Notes: generated by a model not told the origin, from the sequence alone. A DNA stretch of 64,000 bases from an uncultured Gammaproteobacteria bacterium (GCA_964418775.1 CAYQNA010000005.1:3066-67065); one strand, 5' to 3'; positions 8,767 through 18,219 are shown, numbered from the stretch's first letter. Numbers and translations are program-made.

Positions 8767-9627
8767 ATGAATATTGCCATTACCAAACCAAACGGCGGGT
8801 ATGCACTCCTGGACTCGGGCGCAGACGAAAAACTCGAGCAATATGGTGAGTTTGTGTTTTGTCGACCAGACCCGCAAGCGTTGTGGACTAAACATTTGAG
8901 TGAACAGGAATGGAAAAAAGCACAGGCCAGTTTTTCGCGCGATGGCAAAAAAGGTGATTGGGATTTAAAGTCGGGTGTGCCACAGCGATGGCCGATGGAA
9001 TTTGCAGATTTGAAATTTTGGATTCGTCCAACGTCATTCAAACACACGGGTTTATTTCCCGAGCAATCAGCAAATTGGGATTGGATGCGTGGAATCATCA
9101 ATAAATCCGGGCGTCCGGTGTCAGTGTTGAATTTGTTTGGTTACACGGGCGGGGCCACGCTGGCGTGCGCGCAAGCTGGGGCCGAAGTGGTGCATGTGGA
9201 TGGTTCCAAGGTGGCAATTCAGTGGGGCAAAGATAACGCCGCGCTGTCTGGTTTGGACAAAAAACCAATTCGCTGGATTTTGGATGATGCGCGCGCATTT
9301 GTGAAGCGCGAAATTAAACGTGGAAATAAATACGATGGGATTATTTTGGACCCGCCGGCTTTTGGTCATGGGGCCAACAAAGAGGTGTGGAAAATTGAAG
9401 AGGATCTCGTGCCATTGTTGCAGATGTGCCGTTCGATTATGAGTGAACAGCCCTTGTTTTTCCTGATCAATGGTTATGCTTCTGGCTATTCAGCGATTGC
9501 GTATGAAAATAATCTAACTGAATTGTTTGGTGCCACGGGGAAATACGAAAAAGGCGAACTCGCGATTGCGGAAAAAGATTCAGGCCGCTTGTTGCCATGC
9601 GGGATTTTTGCGCGCTGGCAGGCTTAA
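8767..9627 (+). CDS. Class I SAM-dependent RNA methyltransferase, RlmI/YccW-like catalytic domain
   Basis: 286 aa; LNLFGYTGGATLACAQAGA (motif I) and IILDPPAF (motif IV). Confidence 0.7.
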   Translation: MNIAITKPNGGYALLDSGADEKLEQYGEFVFCRPDPQALWTKHLSEQEWKKAQASFSRDGKKGDWDLKSGVPQRWPMEFADLKFWIRPTSFKHTGLFPEQSANWDWMRGIINKSGRPVSVLNLFGYTGGATLACAQAGAEVVHVDGSKVAIQWGKDNAALSGLDKKPIRWILDDARAFVKREIKRGNKYDGIILDPPAFGHGANKEVWKIEEDLVPLLQMCRSIMSEQPLFFLINGYASGYSAIAYENNLTELFGATGKYEKGELAIAEKDSGRLLPCGIFARWQA

Positions 9628-9628
9628 T

Positions 9629-10768
9629 ATGCACCGCGGGTTTTGGCACAATCCACTCGTAACTTTTTTTACGGCTTGGAAAATTAGTCTACTCGTAATT
9701 GGTGTTTTGGCGAGCCTGTTAATTGCGGGCACGCAGGGTGGTTTGGCTCAGGCTGGTAGGTTTGGTTTTTTGGAAGCCTGGGATGGCAAAATTTATCGTT
9801 TGATTGCCGAACGGGGTTATGCGCAAACCGGAATGGTGATCAACCAGTCCCCAAATACGGCCATCGTGTTTTTTCCTTTGTTTCCAGGCTTAATTGCGAG
9901 TTTCGGGTCGTTCACTGGTCACCTGGTACCTGGTGTGGTGGTGGCGCAAATCATCAATACAATTGCGGCCGCCGCGGCTGTGTGGTTTGCCTGGCGTATT
10001 GTGTCCGCGGAATTTGATTCTGTTTTGGCGCGTAGAACAGTATATTTATGGCTGCTAACTCCAGCGGCCATATTTCTTGCTGTTAATTATTCCGAACCAA
10101 TTTTTTTGTGTGTAGCGGCCGCAGCCCTGTATTATGCGGCGCAGCGATGTTTTGGTTTGGCGGCGCTGGCAGTTGCGTTAGCTTTGGTGGCCCGTCCAAC
10201 CGGCCTCGTGGTGCTATTGGCCGTGTTAATTGAGTATTGGCAAGCTTATGGTTGGAAGTGGCGACGCGAATTGGTGTGGATTGGTCTGGCACCATTGCCA
10301 CTCGTCGCATTTAGTGCGTATGCCTATTTTTTGACGGGTAATGCGCTGGCGTTTGTAACTCAACAATCTGGATATTGGGCGCGGCACACGTCTTTTTTCA
10401 GTGCGTACGATTCACTTGTCGCCACTGTTCTCGAGTTCGCGCACAGCGTACAAACAGCCGCTTGGGCTGCTGCGTTTAGTAATGGACTAGCACTCGCGAG
10501 TTTGTTTTTGTGGGTAATTTTGGTCATTGCCGGCCTTAAACTTCGTCGCTCATCCCACACCGCATTTGCAATTGGCATTGTGCTCTTGCCACTTGCCAGT
10601 GGTCTGACCTCACTACCGCGTTTTGTCGCTACAGCCTTTCCGCTGTACATGACTTTGACCGAATGGACTAAAGAGCGAGTTTGGGTTTATTATGTACTAG
10701 TTGGTTTGTCCGCGATTGGATTGTTGGTCAGCGCGATTTTATTTTCCAAAGGCTATTGGGTGGCTTGA
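9629..10768 (+). CDS. Polytopic membrane protein, possible GT-C type glycosyltransferase
   Basis: ORF track 9527-10768; likely ATG at 9629 just after upstream stop; >=10 predicted TM helices; no firm motif. Confidence 0.45.
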   Translation: MHRGFWHNPLVTFFTAWKISLLVIGVLASLLIAGTQGGLAQAGRFGFLEAWDGKIYRLIAERGYAQTGMVINQSPNTAIVFFPLFPGLIASFGSFTGHLVPGVVVAQIINTIAAAAAVWFAWRIVSAEFDSVLARRTVYLWLLTPAAIFLAVNYSEPIFLCVAAAALYYAAQRCFGLAALAVALALVARPTGLVVLLAVLIEYWQAYGWKWRRELVWIGLAPLPLVAFSAYAYFLTGNALAFVTQQSGYWARHTSFFSAYDSLVATVLEFAHSVQTAAWAAAFSNGLALASLFLWVILVIAGLKLRRSSHTAFAIGIVLLPLASGLTSLPRFVATAFPLYMTLTEWTKERVWVYYVLVGLSAIGLLVSAILFSKGYWVA

Positions 10769-10769
10769 T

Positions 10770-11429
10770 ATGCAAAACATTACGGTTTTATACGAGGATA
10801 ATCATATCATTGCCGTGCACAAGCCCGCGGGCATGTTGGTGCAGGGTGATGAGACTGGCGACGCCACACTGGCCGATGCCGTGAAATTGTACTTAAAACA
10901 AACACATAACAAGCTTGGCAATGTGTTTTTGGGAATTGTGCACCGCTTGGACCGTCCAGTGTCCGGCATTGTCGTGTTTGGCAAAACCAGCAAAGGCGCG
11001 TCGCGTTTGTCCGAGCAAATTCGCAACCATACATTTAAAAAAACCTATCATGCTTTGGTGTGTGGTGCGCCTCCGAAAGATACCGACACACTCATAAATT
11101 GGCTTAAAAAAGACGAACATACCAATACCGTCAAAGTCTATGACCGCGAAGTCGAGGAAAGCTTGCGAGCCGAGCTGGATTATGAAATAGTAGAAGAGCG
11201 GGGCGATAAGACTTTGCTTAAAATCAATCTAAAAACCGGTCGTCCGCACCAGATCCGCGCACAATTGGCACACTTGGGCTGCCCAATTGTCGGTGATGTT
11301 AAATATGGTGCGCCAGACACCACCAGTCATTTACCACATCACGAACTGGCCTTGTGCGCTACGCGCGTGGAATTCAAAAAGGCCGTAGGTGACGAGGCCG
11401 TAGTCGTGGAAATCCCATACAATTTGTAA
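10770..11429 (+). CDS. RluA-family pseudouridine synthase (no S4 domain)
   Basis: ATG at 10770; HRLDRPVSGIVVFGKT catalytic-Asp motif. Confidence 0.8.
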   Translation: MQNITVLYEDNHIIAVHKPAGMLVQGDETGDATLADAVKLYLKQTHNKLGNVFLGIVHRLDRPVSGIVVFGKTSKGASRLSEQIRNHTFKKTYHALVCGAPPKDTDTLINWLKKDEHTNTVKVYDREVEESLRAELDYEIVEERGDKTLLKINLKTGRPHQIRAQLAHLGCPIVGDVKYGAPDTTSHLPHHELALCATRVEFKKAVGDEAVVVEIPYNL

Positions 11430-11438
11430 CTCCCTTAT

Positions 11439-12047
11439 ATGGAATTCAATTTTCGTAAAGAGAAATTCGTTAGAATTATTGGCATTGCTTCGTTGATTTA
11501 TTGCGCATTAATGCTCCTGGCTATTGCCTGGACTTGGTATGGTCCAATTCCTGGTACGAGGTTTGAGGCAGTGGTGGAAACAAATAGCAGGGGGACATTT
11601 AGTTTACGACATAATCGCTATTTTTTATCACCAGATTTTGTTAAGGCTGGCCTGGCAATTCCAGTAAGAAATTTGCCACCTAGTTTGGGTCAGTCAGGAA
11701 TACGAGTAGAATGTCCGTACCGTGTACTTGAACGCGATAAGTATCAAGCGACTGTTTTGGATGGGGCAGACTGTACGGCAATTGAGCCTAGAGACACGGC
11801 GACTACAAAAATTGAAGCAGTGCGCACTTTGCCAATGGTACAAGAGTTTATAAAAGATGTGGAAGAGGCTAAAAATGGCCGTCGTGTCAGCTTTAGAATC
11901 GAAGATGCGGAATTGGTAAAGGATGAGGTGGCGGTTGTTTCGGAAACGGATGACACCAAAGAAACAGTCTGGCGCCGGTTTTTGGTTCAAGGGCAAACAA
12001 TCACCGTGGAAAATCCTTTGACTGGCGAATTTGAGCCGTTACCATAA
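11439..12047 (+). CDS. Hypothetical membrane-anchored protein
   Basis: 202 aa; single N-terminal TM helix, no recognisable motif. Confidence 0.4.
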   Translation: MEFNFRKEKFVRIIGIASLIYCALMLLAIAWTWYGPIPGTRFEAVVETNSRGTFSLRHNRYFLSPDFVKAGLAIPVRNLPPSLGQSGIRVECPYRVLERDKYQATVLDGADCTAIEPRDTATTKIEAVRTLPMVQEFIKDVEEAKNGRRVSFRIEDAELVKDEVAVVSETDDTKETVWRRFLVQGQTITVENPLTGEFEPLP

Positions 12048-12405
12048 CTATATGTCCGAATTTTTTTTACCACACGCAGAGATGGAAAAAAATTTAGAAC
12101 CCCCTTTGGTTGATCGGGTGGTGGGAAGCCTAAGTAGTACTCTGAAAAGTATTTTTTTAGAAAATATTAATGGACACCAGCTTAAAAAAATTTTAGCCGA
12201 ACGACTGGATTTGAATGCCCTAAAAAAGTATGTCGAACGTGCCGATGTTGAGTCTAGTGTACTCCGTGCTGAGACGGAACAGATAAGGGCAGAGGTACTA
12301 CAACACCTGCAGTCTTTTTTGGAAATCGAAGTGGAACATGCGCCAAATACGGCTAAACGTGGGTATTGGCTCTCGCGCCTGAATACAGTAAAAAATTTAT
12401 TATGA
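12031..12405 (+). CDS. Hypothetical protein (helical, charged)
   Basis: 124 aa ORF, 17-nt overlap with upstream gene; no motif. Confidence 0.35.
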   Translation: MSRYHNYMSEFFLPHAEMEKNLEPPLVDRVVGSLSSTLKSIFLENINGHQLKKILAERLDLNALKKYVERADVESSVLRAETEQIRAEVLQHLQSFLEIEVEHAPNTAKRGYWLSRLNTVKNLL

Positions 12406-13559
12406 ACCTATACGAATTTGAAGGTAAACAATTGTTTGCTAAACATGGTTTGAAAATACCCCGCGGTGTAGTGGTGCGTCGTGGCGATGATGTGGCGGCG
12501 AAGTATACTGAATTGGGAGTCGCGGAGGTGGTTGTTAAGGCGCAGGTTTTGTCGGGCAAGCGCGGGAAAAATAATGGCATTAAATTTTGCAACTCAGTTG
12601 CATCGGTAGTGGAGGCCTGTGAGGAATTGTTTGGTAATGCAATTCGGGGTCAACAAGTGGCCGCGATTTTGATTGAAGAAAAGTTGCAAATTGCCGAGGA
12701 ACATTATGTTTCGGTGACGTATGATACCAATCGACGCCAGCCAATGTTGATTTATTCCAGTGCTGGTGGGGTGGATATTGAGGACGTGCCGGCCGAAAAA
12801 ATCATGCGCGTGGATTTGAATATTCGCAGTGACAAGTTACCCGAAGCCCAGGCGGGTTGGGATTTTGCACAAAAATTGTACGCTGTCTTTAAAGCCGAGG
12901 ATGCGCGTGTGGCCGAAATTAATCCACTCGTAAAAACTACGAGTGGGGAGTGGGTCGCGGCTGATGCCAAGATTGCGTTGGATGATGATGCGTTTTACCG
13001 CCACAAAGAATGGGAAACGCTCGAACCGCGCACTATGCTGGGTCGTGCGCCAACGGAGCGCGAAGTAGCGGTGAAAAAAATTGACGAAGGCGAGAATTAT
13101 TATCGTGGTACTGCTGGTAAATATATTGAAATGGATGGCGATATTGGTTTGATTTTAAATGGTGGTGGGGCCAGCATTGCGAACATGGACGCGTTGTTAG
13201 CTGCGGGTTTGCAGCCAGCGAATTATACAGAATATTCGGGCAATCCACCACGCGAAAAGGTGTACCAGTTGGCGAAAATTGTGTTGTCAAAACCAGGTTT
13301 GCGCGGGCTCTGGATGTGTGGTGTGGTGGCAAATTTTACCAACATCAAAGACACATTCATGGGCATTGTCGATGCGCTCGACGAAATCAAACCGCAGTAT
13401 CCAATTGTGGTGCGCCGCGATGGGCCGGAAAGTGCGGAGGCCAAACAATTAATTTTGGAGTGTGCGGAACGCAACCACTTGAATCTCAAGTGGTTTGGCA
13501 AAGAAACATCCATGGCTGACACGGCGCAAGTTTTGGCCGAAATGGTTAATGCCCAATAA
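12402..13559 (+). CDS. sucC: ADP-forming acyl-CoA synthetase beta subunit (SucC family; candidate citryl-CoA synthetase large subunit)
   Basis: ATG at 12402; MNLYEFEGKQLFAKHGLKIP ATP-grasp N-terminus identical in style to SucC. Confidence 0.8.
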   Translation: MNLYEFEGKQLFAKHGLKIPRGVVVRRGDDVAAKYTELGVAEVVVKAQVLSGKRGKNNGIKFCNSVASVVEACEELFGNAIRGQQVAAILIEEKLQIAEEHYVSVTYDTNRRQPMLIYSSAGGVDIEDVPAEKIMRVDLNIRSDKLPEAQAGWDFAQKLYAVFKAEDARVAEINPLVKTTSGEWVAADAKIALDDDAFYRHKEWETLEPRTMLGRAPTEREVAVKKIDEGENYYRGTAGKYIEMDGDIGLILNGGGASIANMDALLAAGLQPANYTEYSGNPPREKVYQLAKIVLSKPGLRGLWMCGVVANFTNIKDTFMGIVDALDEIKPQYPIVVRRDGPESAEAKQLILECAERNHLNLKWFGKETSMADTAQVLAEMVNAQ

Positions 13560-13561
13560 AT

Positions 13562-14443
13562 ATGAGTATTTTGATTACTAAAGAAACCAAAGTGTTGGTG
13601 CAGGGAATTACGGGTAAGGAGGGTTTGAAGGCTGCGAAAGCCATGAGTGATTATCACACCCAGGTTTTGTGCGGCGTAACTCCAGGCAAGGGCGGACAAA
13701 TGGCCGAGCAGTGGCCAGTGTTTAATTCGATTGGCGAAGCTCGCGCACAATTTCCCGAATTGAACGCAACGGCAATTTATGTACCCCCATTTGCGGCTAA
13801 AGCCGCGATTATGGAGGCGATTGACAATAATATTTCGCTCATTAGCGTGATTGTCGAGCGCATGCCAATTCAAGACACCGCGTATTGTGTGGCGGCTGCG
13901 CAAGAAAAAGGCTTGCGCATAATTGGCCCGAGTTCATTGGGTTTTATTGTGCCTGAGGTTGGACGCATGGGCGTGGTCGGTGGTCCGGCCGTGCGCGAAA
14001 TTTTCACCCCCGGGCACATTGGCATTGTGTCGCGCAGTGGTGGTATGACAAACGAGCTTTCGTGGCAAGTCCGCCAGGCCGGCCTGGGCCAAAGCGCGGC
14101 CGTGCATGTGGGCGGCGACCTGCTCATGGGCACCACGTATGCCGATGTGTTGCGCTTATACGAAGCTGACCCGGACACGCACGCGGTGATTATTTTTGGT
14201 GAGCATGGTGGCAGTTATGAATTTGAAATTGTTGACCTCATTGAACGCAAAGAATTCACCAAACCACTCGCCATTTACATTGGCGGCAAATTCGCCAATT
14301 CATTACCCGAAGGCACCAACATTGGACATGCTGGCGCCATTGTGGAGCGTGGCAAAGGCGCGGCCGAGAAAAAAGCTGCTCTCGCGGCCGTTGGCGTGCG
14401 TGTCGCCGAGCGGGTGGAGGATTTAGTTTCGCTCGTAAAATAA
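13562..14443 (+). CDS. sucD: Acyl-CoA synthetase alpha subunit (SucD family; candidate citryl-CoA synthetase small subunit)
   Basis: 293 aa; KVLVQGITGKEG...GVTPGKGGQ CoA-binding signature, phosphohistidine region GHAGA. Confidence 0.85.
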   Translation: MSILITKETKVLVQGITGKEGLKAAKAMSDYHTQVLCGVTPGKGGQMAEQWPVFNSIGEARAQFPELNATAIYVPPFAAKAAIMEAIDNNISLISVIVERMPIQDTAYCVAAAQEKGLRIIGPSSLGFIVPEVGRMGVVGGPAVREIFTPGHIGIVSRSGGMTNELSWQVRQAGLGQSAAVHVGGDLLMGTTYADVLRLYEADPDTHAVIIFGEHGGSYEFEIVDLIERKEFTKPLAIYIGGKFANSLPEGTNIGHAGAIVERGKGAAEKKAALAAVGVRVAERVEDLVSLVK

Positions 14444-14462
14444 TTGTGATAAGGTAGAACAT

Positions 14463-15206
14463 ATGAAATTCCAAACTGCTATTACCCACATTACGCCCGC
14501 GGGCGAACGAATTCGCGGCTATGAATTGGCCGAATTAGCCCAGCAAAACAGCTTTGCCAAGTCAATTTGGTTACTTTTGCGTGGTGAGTTACCAAACCAG
14601 GCCGAGTCCAAATTGTTCAGTGCCCTTTTAACCATGGCCATTGACCATGGTCCAGGCACTGCCTCTGGGCAGGTTACGCGCATCGCTGCCTCGGCCAAAA
14701 CTTCGATTCAGGCCGCCGTGGCAGCGGGTTTGTTGGCCATGGGTGAGCGCCATATAGCAGCTTTGGAAAACGCAGCTAAGTTTTTTCTCGAGAATAAAGA
14801 CTCAGATAATGTGGCTCAATTGGTTAAAGATTTAAAAGATAAAAAAGTCCGTGTGCCTGGCTTTGGTCACGCAGTGTTAACCGAAGATAAGCGCAGTATT
14901 TTTTTGTTAAGTCTGGCGCGCGAATTGGAATTGTACGGACCGCACGCCGCATTTGCCGAAAAAGTTGGCGTAGAATTAAATGCCATTTCCAGCAAACCGT
15001 TGCCGCTTAACATTGATGGTTCAATGGCTGCGATTTTACTTGACCTTGGGTTTGCGCCGCAGGCCCTAACTGGCGTATTTATTATTGCGCGTGTGCCAGG
15101 CTTGGTGGCGCAAGCGACCGAAGAAATGACGAATGATGTCGGCTTACGTCGTTTATCCGAAGACGAAATTGAATACACTGGCCCTGCTCCACGCAAGTTG
15201 GCTTAA
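14463..15206 (+). CDS. Citrate synthase-family small protein (citryl-CoA lyase-like)
   Basis: 247 aa; VPGFGHAVL matches citrate synthase PG(Y/F)GHAVL catalytic-His motif, DHGPGTASG resembles DHEGGNVS region; lacks the N-terminal half of full-length citrate synthase. Confidence 0.7.
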   Translation: MKFQTAITHITPAGERIRGYELAELAQQNSFAKSIWLLLRGELPNQAESKLFSALLTMAIDHGPGTASGQVTRIAASAKTSIQAAVAAGLLAMGERHIAALENAAKFFLENKDSDNVAQLVKDLKDKKVRVPGFGHAVLTEDKRSIFLLSLARELELYGPHAAFAEKVGVELNAISSKPLPLNIDGSMAAILLDLGFAPQALTGVFIIARVPGLVAQATEEMTNDVGLRRLSEDEIEYTGPAPRKLA

Positions 15207-15211
15207 TTGGT

Positions 15212-15691
15212 ATGCATATGACGGCCTTATTTGGTGGTTTAGCCGTGATTAGCGCAGTTTTAGCCGGCTTAATAACGCATGTTTCCCCACAACCAACTAC
15301 TCGGATCAAAGTCCCGACCGATTTTTGGATTCAGCGCGAAGAGAGTGGTGGTATGATGCCGAGCGGTAGTTTGGTGGTTATAACTCCGACCGAGATTCAG
15401 TACGAACGGTATGGGGCAGAAGATACCAAAGAGCGCTGGCAAGCCACCCCAACTCCAGCTGAAATCGAAAAACTCTACCAGGCTTTGGAAACCAAACAAT
15501 TTGCCACCATACAAACTTACACGGAAAAAGTGTATGACCGCGGTGGCATAACTATTTCGTACATGGCGAATGAACAAACAATTACCAAATCCGACAGCGG
15601 TCAATCTTTTGTGAAAAAGGGCGAAAGCACAACGCGCTTTTACGCTATCAACGATATTATCATGGATATTGTGGCCAGCCATGCGAAGTAA
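15212..15691 (+). CDS. Hypothetical secreted/membrane-anchored protein
   Basis: 159 aa; N-terminal hydrophobic segment. Confidence 0.4.
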   Translation: MHMTALFGGLAVISAVLAGLITHVSPQPTTRIKVPTDFWIQREESGGMMPSGSLVVITPTEIQYERYGAEDTKERWQATPTPAEIEKLYQALETKQFATIQTYTEKVYDRGGITISYMANEQTITKSDSGQSFVKKGESTTRFYAINDIIMDIVASHAK

Positions 15692-15692
15692 T

Positions 15693-16958
15693 ATGGAAGT
15701 GATTGTTGATTTGCACATTCACTCCAAGTATTCGCGCGCCTGTTCGTCTAACTTGGTGTTGCCAGTGATTGCTAAGACTTGTGAGCAGCGCGGAATTGGT
15801 CTGGTGGCGACTGGTGATTTTACCCATCCAGCCTGGTTTAAACATCTCACAGAAAATTTGCGTGAGACCGGCGAAGGTGTGTATCAATTGGCTGATGGTT
15901 CATCACCAACTCGGTTTATTATTGGCACCGAAGTGGCGTCAATCAAAAAACACAAAGACAAGTTGCGGCGCGTGCACCATTTGCTGTTTGCACCGAATTT
16001 GGCAGTGGCGGCGCAGTTCAACCAGAAATTAGTTGATCGTGGTTTAAACATTCGCGCTGATGGCCGGCCAATTCTTGGGCTCACCTCCAAAGAAATTTTG
16101 GAGCTTATGCTCGAAACTGACGAACAAATGTTGATGGTGCCGGCACATGCCTGGACACCGTGGTTTGGAATTTTTGGCTCAAAGGGTGGTTACAATACGC
16201 TCGAGGAAGCGTATGACGAACTCGCGCACCATGTTCGGGCCATCGAAACTGGCCTGTCCAGCGACCCACTTATGAATTGGCGCGTGCCCGCGGTTGACGG
16301 TCTTACGCTTATTTCCAATTCAGACGCACATAGCCCGCAGAAACTTGGACGCGAGGCTAATGTGTTTGCATTTGACCATGAATCCGACATTTCGTATTCG
16401 GAAATACGTCGTATTATTCAAACTGGCGATCGGGCTAAATTTTTGCGCACCATCGAATTTTATCCCGAAGAGGGTAAATATCATTACGACGGTCATGCGG
16501 CGTGCCAATTTTCGTGTCCACCAACTGAAACTAAAAAATATGGTGGTCTGTGTCCAAAGTGCGGTAAACCCTTGATTATCGGGGTGATGAATCGCACCGA
16601 AGAATTGTCGGCTCGCAGTGAAACCGAGGCGCGTGCGTTGGGTCGCATTCCGTTTCAAAGCGTGGTACCACTGCCCGAAATTATTGCCGATGTCCTTGGT
16701 GTTGGCGTGAGTAGCAAAAAAGTGGTAGCGCAATACAACGCGCTACTAGAATCCCTTGGATCTGAATTTGAAATTTTGTTAAAAATCCCGGTTGAAAAAA
16801 TTGCCAAAGCGAGCACGCTGGAAATTGCACGCGCAGTGGAGCGGATGCGTGATGGCAATATCACCATTACGCCTGGATATGATGGGGTTTTTGGCAAAGT
16901 GCACGTGTTTACCGACAACGAACAGCGTCGTAATCACCAAGAAACACTGGAGTTGTAA
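15693..16958 (+). CDS. PHP-domain nuclease, endonuclease Q-like
   Basis: N-terminal DLHIHSKYS PHP motif, further His/Asp ligands, internal C-x3-C...C-x2-C zinc finger (CQFSCPP...CPKCG), ~420 aa like archaeal/Bacillus EndoQ. Confidence 0.55.
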   Translation: MEVIVDLHIHSKYSRACSSNLVLPVIAKTCEQRGIGLVATGDFTHPAWFKHLTENLRETGEGVYQLADGSSPTRFIIGTEVASIKKHKDKLRRVHHLLFAPNLAVAAQFNQKLVDRGLNIRADGRPILGLTSKEILELMLETDEQMLMVPAHAWTPWFGIFGSKGGYNTLEEAYDELAHHVRAIETGLSSDPLMNWRVPAVDGLTLISNSDAHSPQKLGREANVFAFDHESDISYSEIRRIIQTGDRAKFLRTIEFYPEEGKYHYDGHAACQFSCPPTETKKYGGLCPKCGKPLIIGVMNRTEELSARSETEARALGRIPFQSVVPLPEIIADVLGVGVSSKKVVAQYNALLESLGSEFEILLKIPVEKIAKASTLEIARAVERMRDGNITITPGYDGVFGKVHVFTDNEQRRNHQETLEL

Positions 16959-16969
16959 TCTGCAGTAAT

Positions 16970-16997
16970 AAAAAATCCGACCGAAGTCGGATTTTTT
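16970..16997. terminator. Bidirectional terminator
   Basis: aaaaaatccgac cgaa gtcggatttttt perfect hairpin. Confidence 0.6.
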
Positions 16998-17011
16998 ATG
17001 TCTAAGAAAAA

Positions 17012-17233
17012 TTATTTCTTAGCGGCGCGGCGAGCTGGGCGCTTTGCGCGCTTAGCTGCTGGACGCTTAGCTTTGCGAGCTGCTGGACGCTTTGGGGCGG
17101 TCTTGCGAGCTGGGCGCTTTGCGCGCTTAGCTGCTGGACGCTTTGCAGCGGTCTTGCGAGCTGGCTTTCTTTTGGCAACTGCCATAAGATTCAGATTAAT
17201 GATTGGCGCAAATTTGATGGGACCATGGTACAC
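17012..17233 (-). CDS. Histone H1-like Lys/Ala/Pro-rich DNA-binding protein
   Basis: 73 aa; tandem KRPAAKRAKRPARKTA-type repeats; terminator directly after stop; plus-strand overlapping ORF is Arg/Ala nonsense. Confidence 0.6.
   Translation of the reverse strand: MYHGPIKFAPIINLNLMAVAKRKPARKTAAKRPAAKRAKRPARKTAPKRPAARKAKRPAAKRAKRPARRAAKK
17031..17170. repeat. Tandem DNA repeats (~40-63 bp units) encoding the Lys/Ala repeats
   Basis: gctgggcgctttgcgcgcttagctgctggacgctt repeated with variants. Confidence 0.6.
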
Positions 17234-17424
17234 ACCAAATGGTATTGCGCGAGTTGGAGAGTTTACACGACAAGCATTGGCGTAAACATCTCAGGGCTGC
17301 GTGTAACACGCAGTGTTCGACCTTTGACGTGTAGTATATGTTATTTTGCACAAACTGAAAATAGTTTTTGTACAATCACCTGTGTATAACTTTTGTTTGC
17401 AAAAAATTTTTGCAATGTAATGTG

Positions 17425-17496
17425 TGCTCCCGCCAGGAGTTGAACCTGGATTTCCGGCTTCGGAGGCCAGTGTCATATCCATTAGACGACAGGAGC
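17425..17496 (-). tRNA. tRNA-Arg (anticodon CCG)
   Basis: GCTCCTG acceptor, D-arm with GG, anticodon loop CTCCGAA, T-arm CCAGGTTCAACTCCTGG; 72 nt. Confidence 0.85.
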
Positions 17497-17505
17497 GTGT
17501 AAATT

Positions 17506-18219
17506 TTATTTTTCTAACAACTCTTTGGCAATTGTATTCATGCGTGCATATAATTTTTTTGTCCATTGCACATTAAACATGCGTTCGTGCCATTGCACAA
17601 TTTGATTTGTGCGCATCCAGTCTACAACCTCACGCAAAGCCTTTAAAAATAAGGGTAAAGCGACTTCGCTCTTTACCATTGCGTGTCGTGTAATCAAAAT
17701 GTAACTGGCCAAAAAACGATAACTCGCGCGATGCAAGCGACTCTTACTAATCACTTCGTGAATTTTTCCAAGTCGCGCGGTTGATAAAATATCAATTTTG
17801 TCTGCATCAGTCAAAAGTGTAAGCAAGAAACGCGTGCGACGACGAAGCAACCAACTAAATAATTTTCCCGTGCCAAAGCTGTGACAAAAAATTAAACGCG
17901 TTGACATACCAGCCACACTACCAAACAAACGCAAACGAATTGTTTCATGCCACAACATCAGCGCCGAAATTAAATCGTCCAAAAAAATCATAAACACAAA
18001 TGATGAACGACTGAGCACTGTGCGGCCAACATCGTGCCACCATGCCGCCAAAACTAAGGCCTCGGTCTCGGCCTGGGTTAAGCGCGCGGCTGTGGCACAG
18101 GCCTCGGCTGTTGCCGCCACACCGGCAGCGTGGTGATACCCATGAATCGGGTCTTCGGAACCCCGCATGCGTTTGGCAGCAATATCAATGAGAATTTGGA
18201 CTTTTGGCGAATATTCCAT
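17506..18219 (-). CDS. HD-domain phosphohydrolase
   Basis: 237 aa; H..HH...WWHDVGR HD metal-binding motif in N-terminal half. Confidence 0.7.
   Translation of the reverse strand: MEYSPKVQILIDIAAKRMRGSEDPIHGYHHAAGVAATAEACATAARLTQAETEALVLAAWWHDVGRTVLSRSSFVFMIFLDDLISALMLWHETIRLRLFGSVAGMSTRLIFCHSFGTGKLFSWLLRRRTRFLLTLLTDADKIDILSTARLGKIHEVISKSRLHRASYRFLASYILITRHAMVKSEVALPLFLKALREVVDWMRTNQIVQWHERMFNVQWTKKLYARMNTIAKELLEK

Noticed and set aside
16998-17285. Plus-strand 95-aa ORF overlapping the Lys/Ala repeat gene
   Set aside because: Arg/Ala/Leu-rich translation of the complementary strand of a Lys/Ala-repeat gene; the terminator sits after the minus-strand stop, favouring 17012-17233(-)
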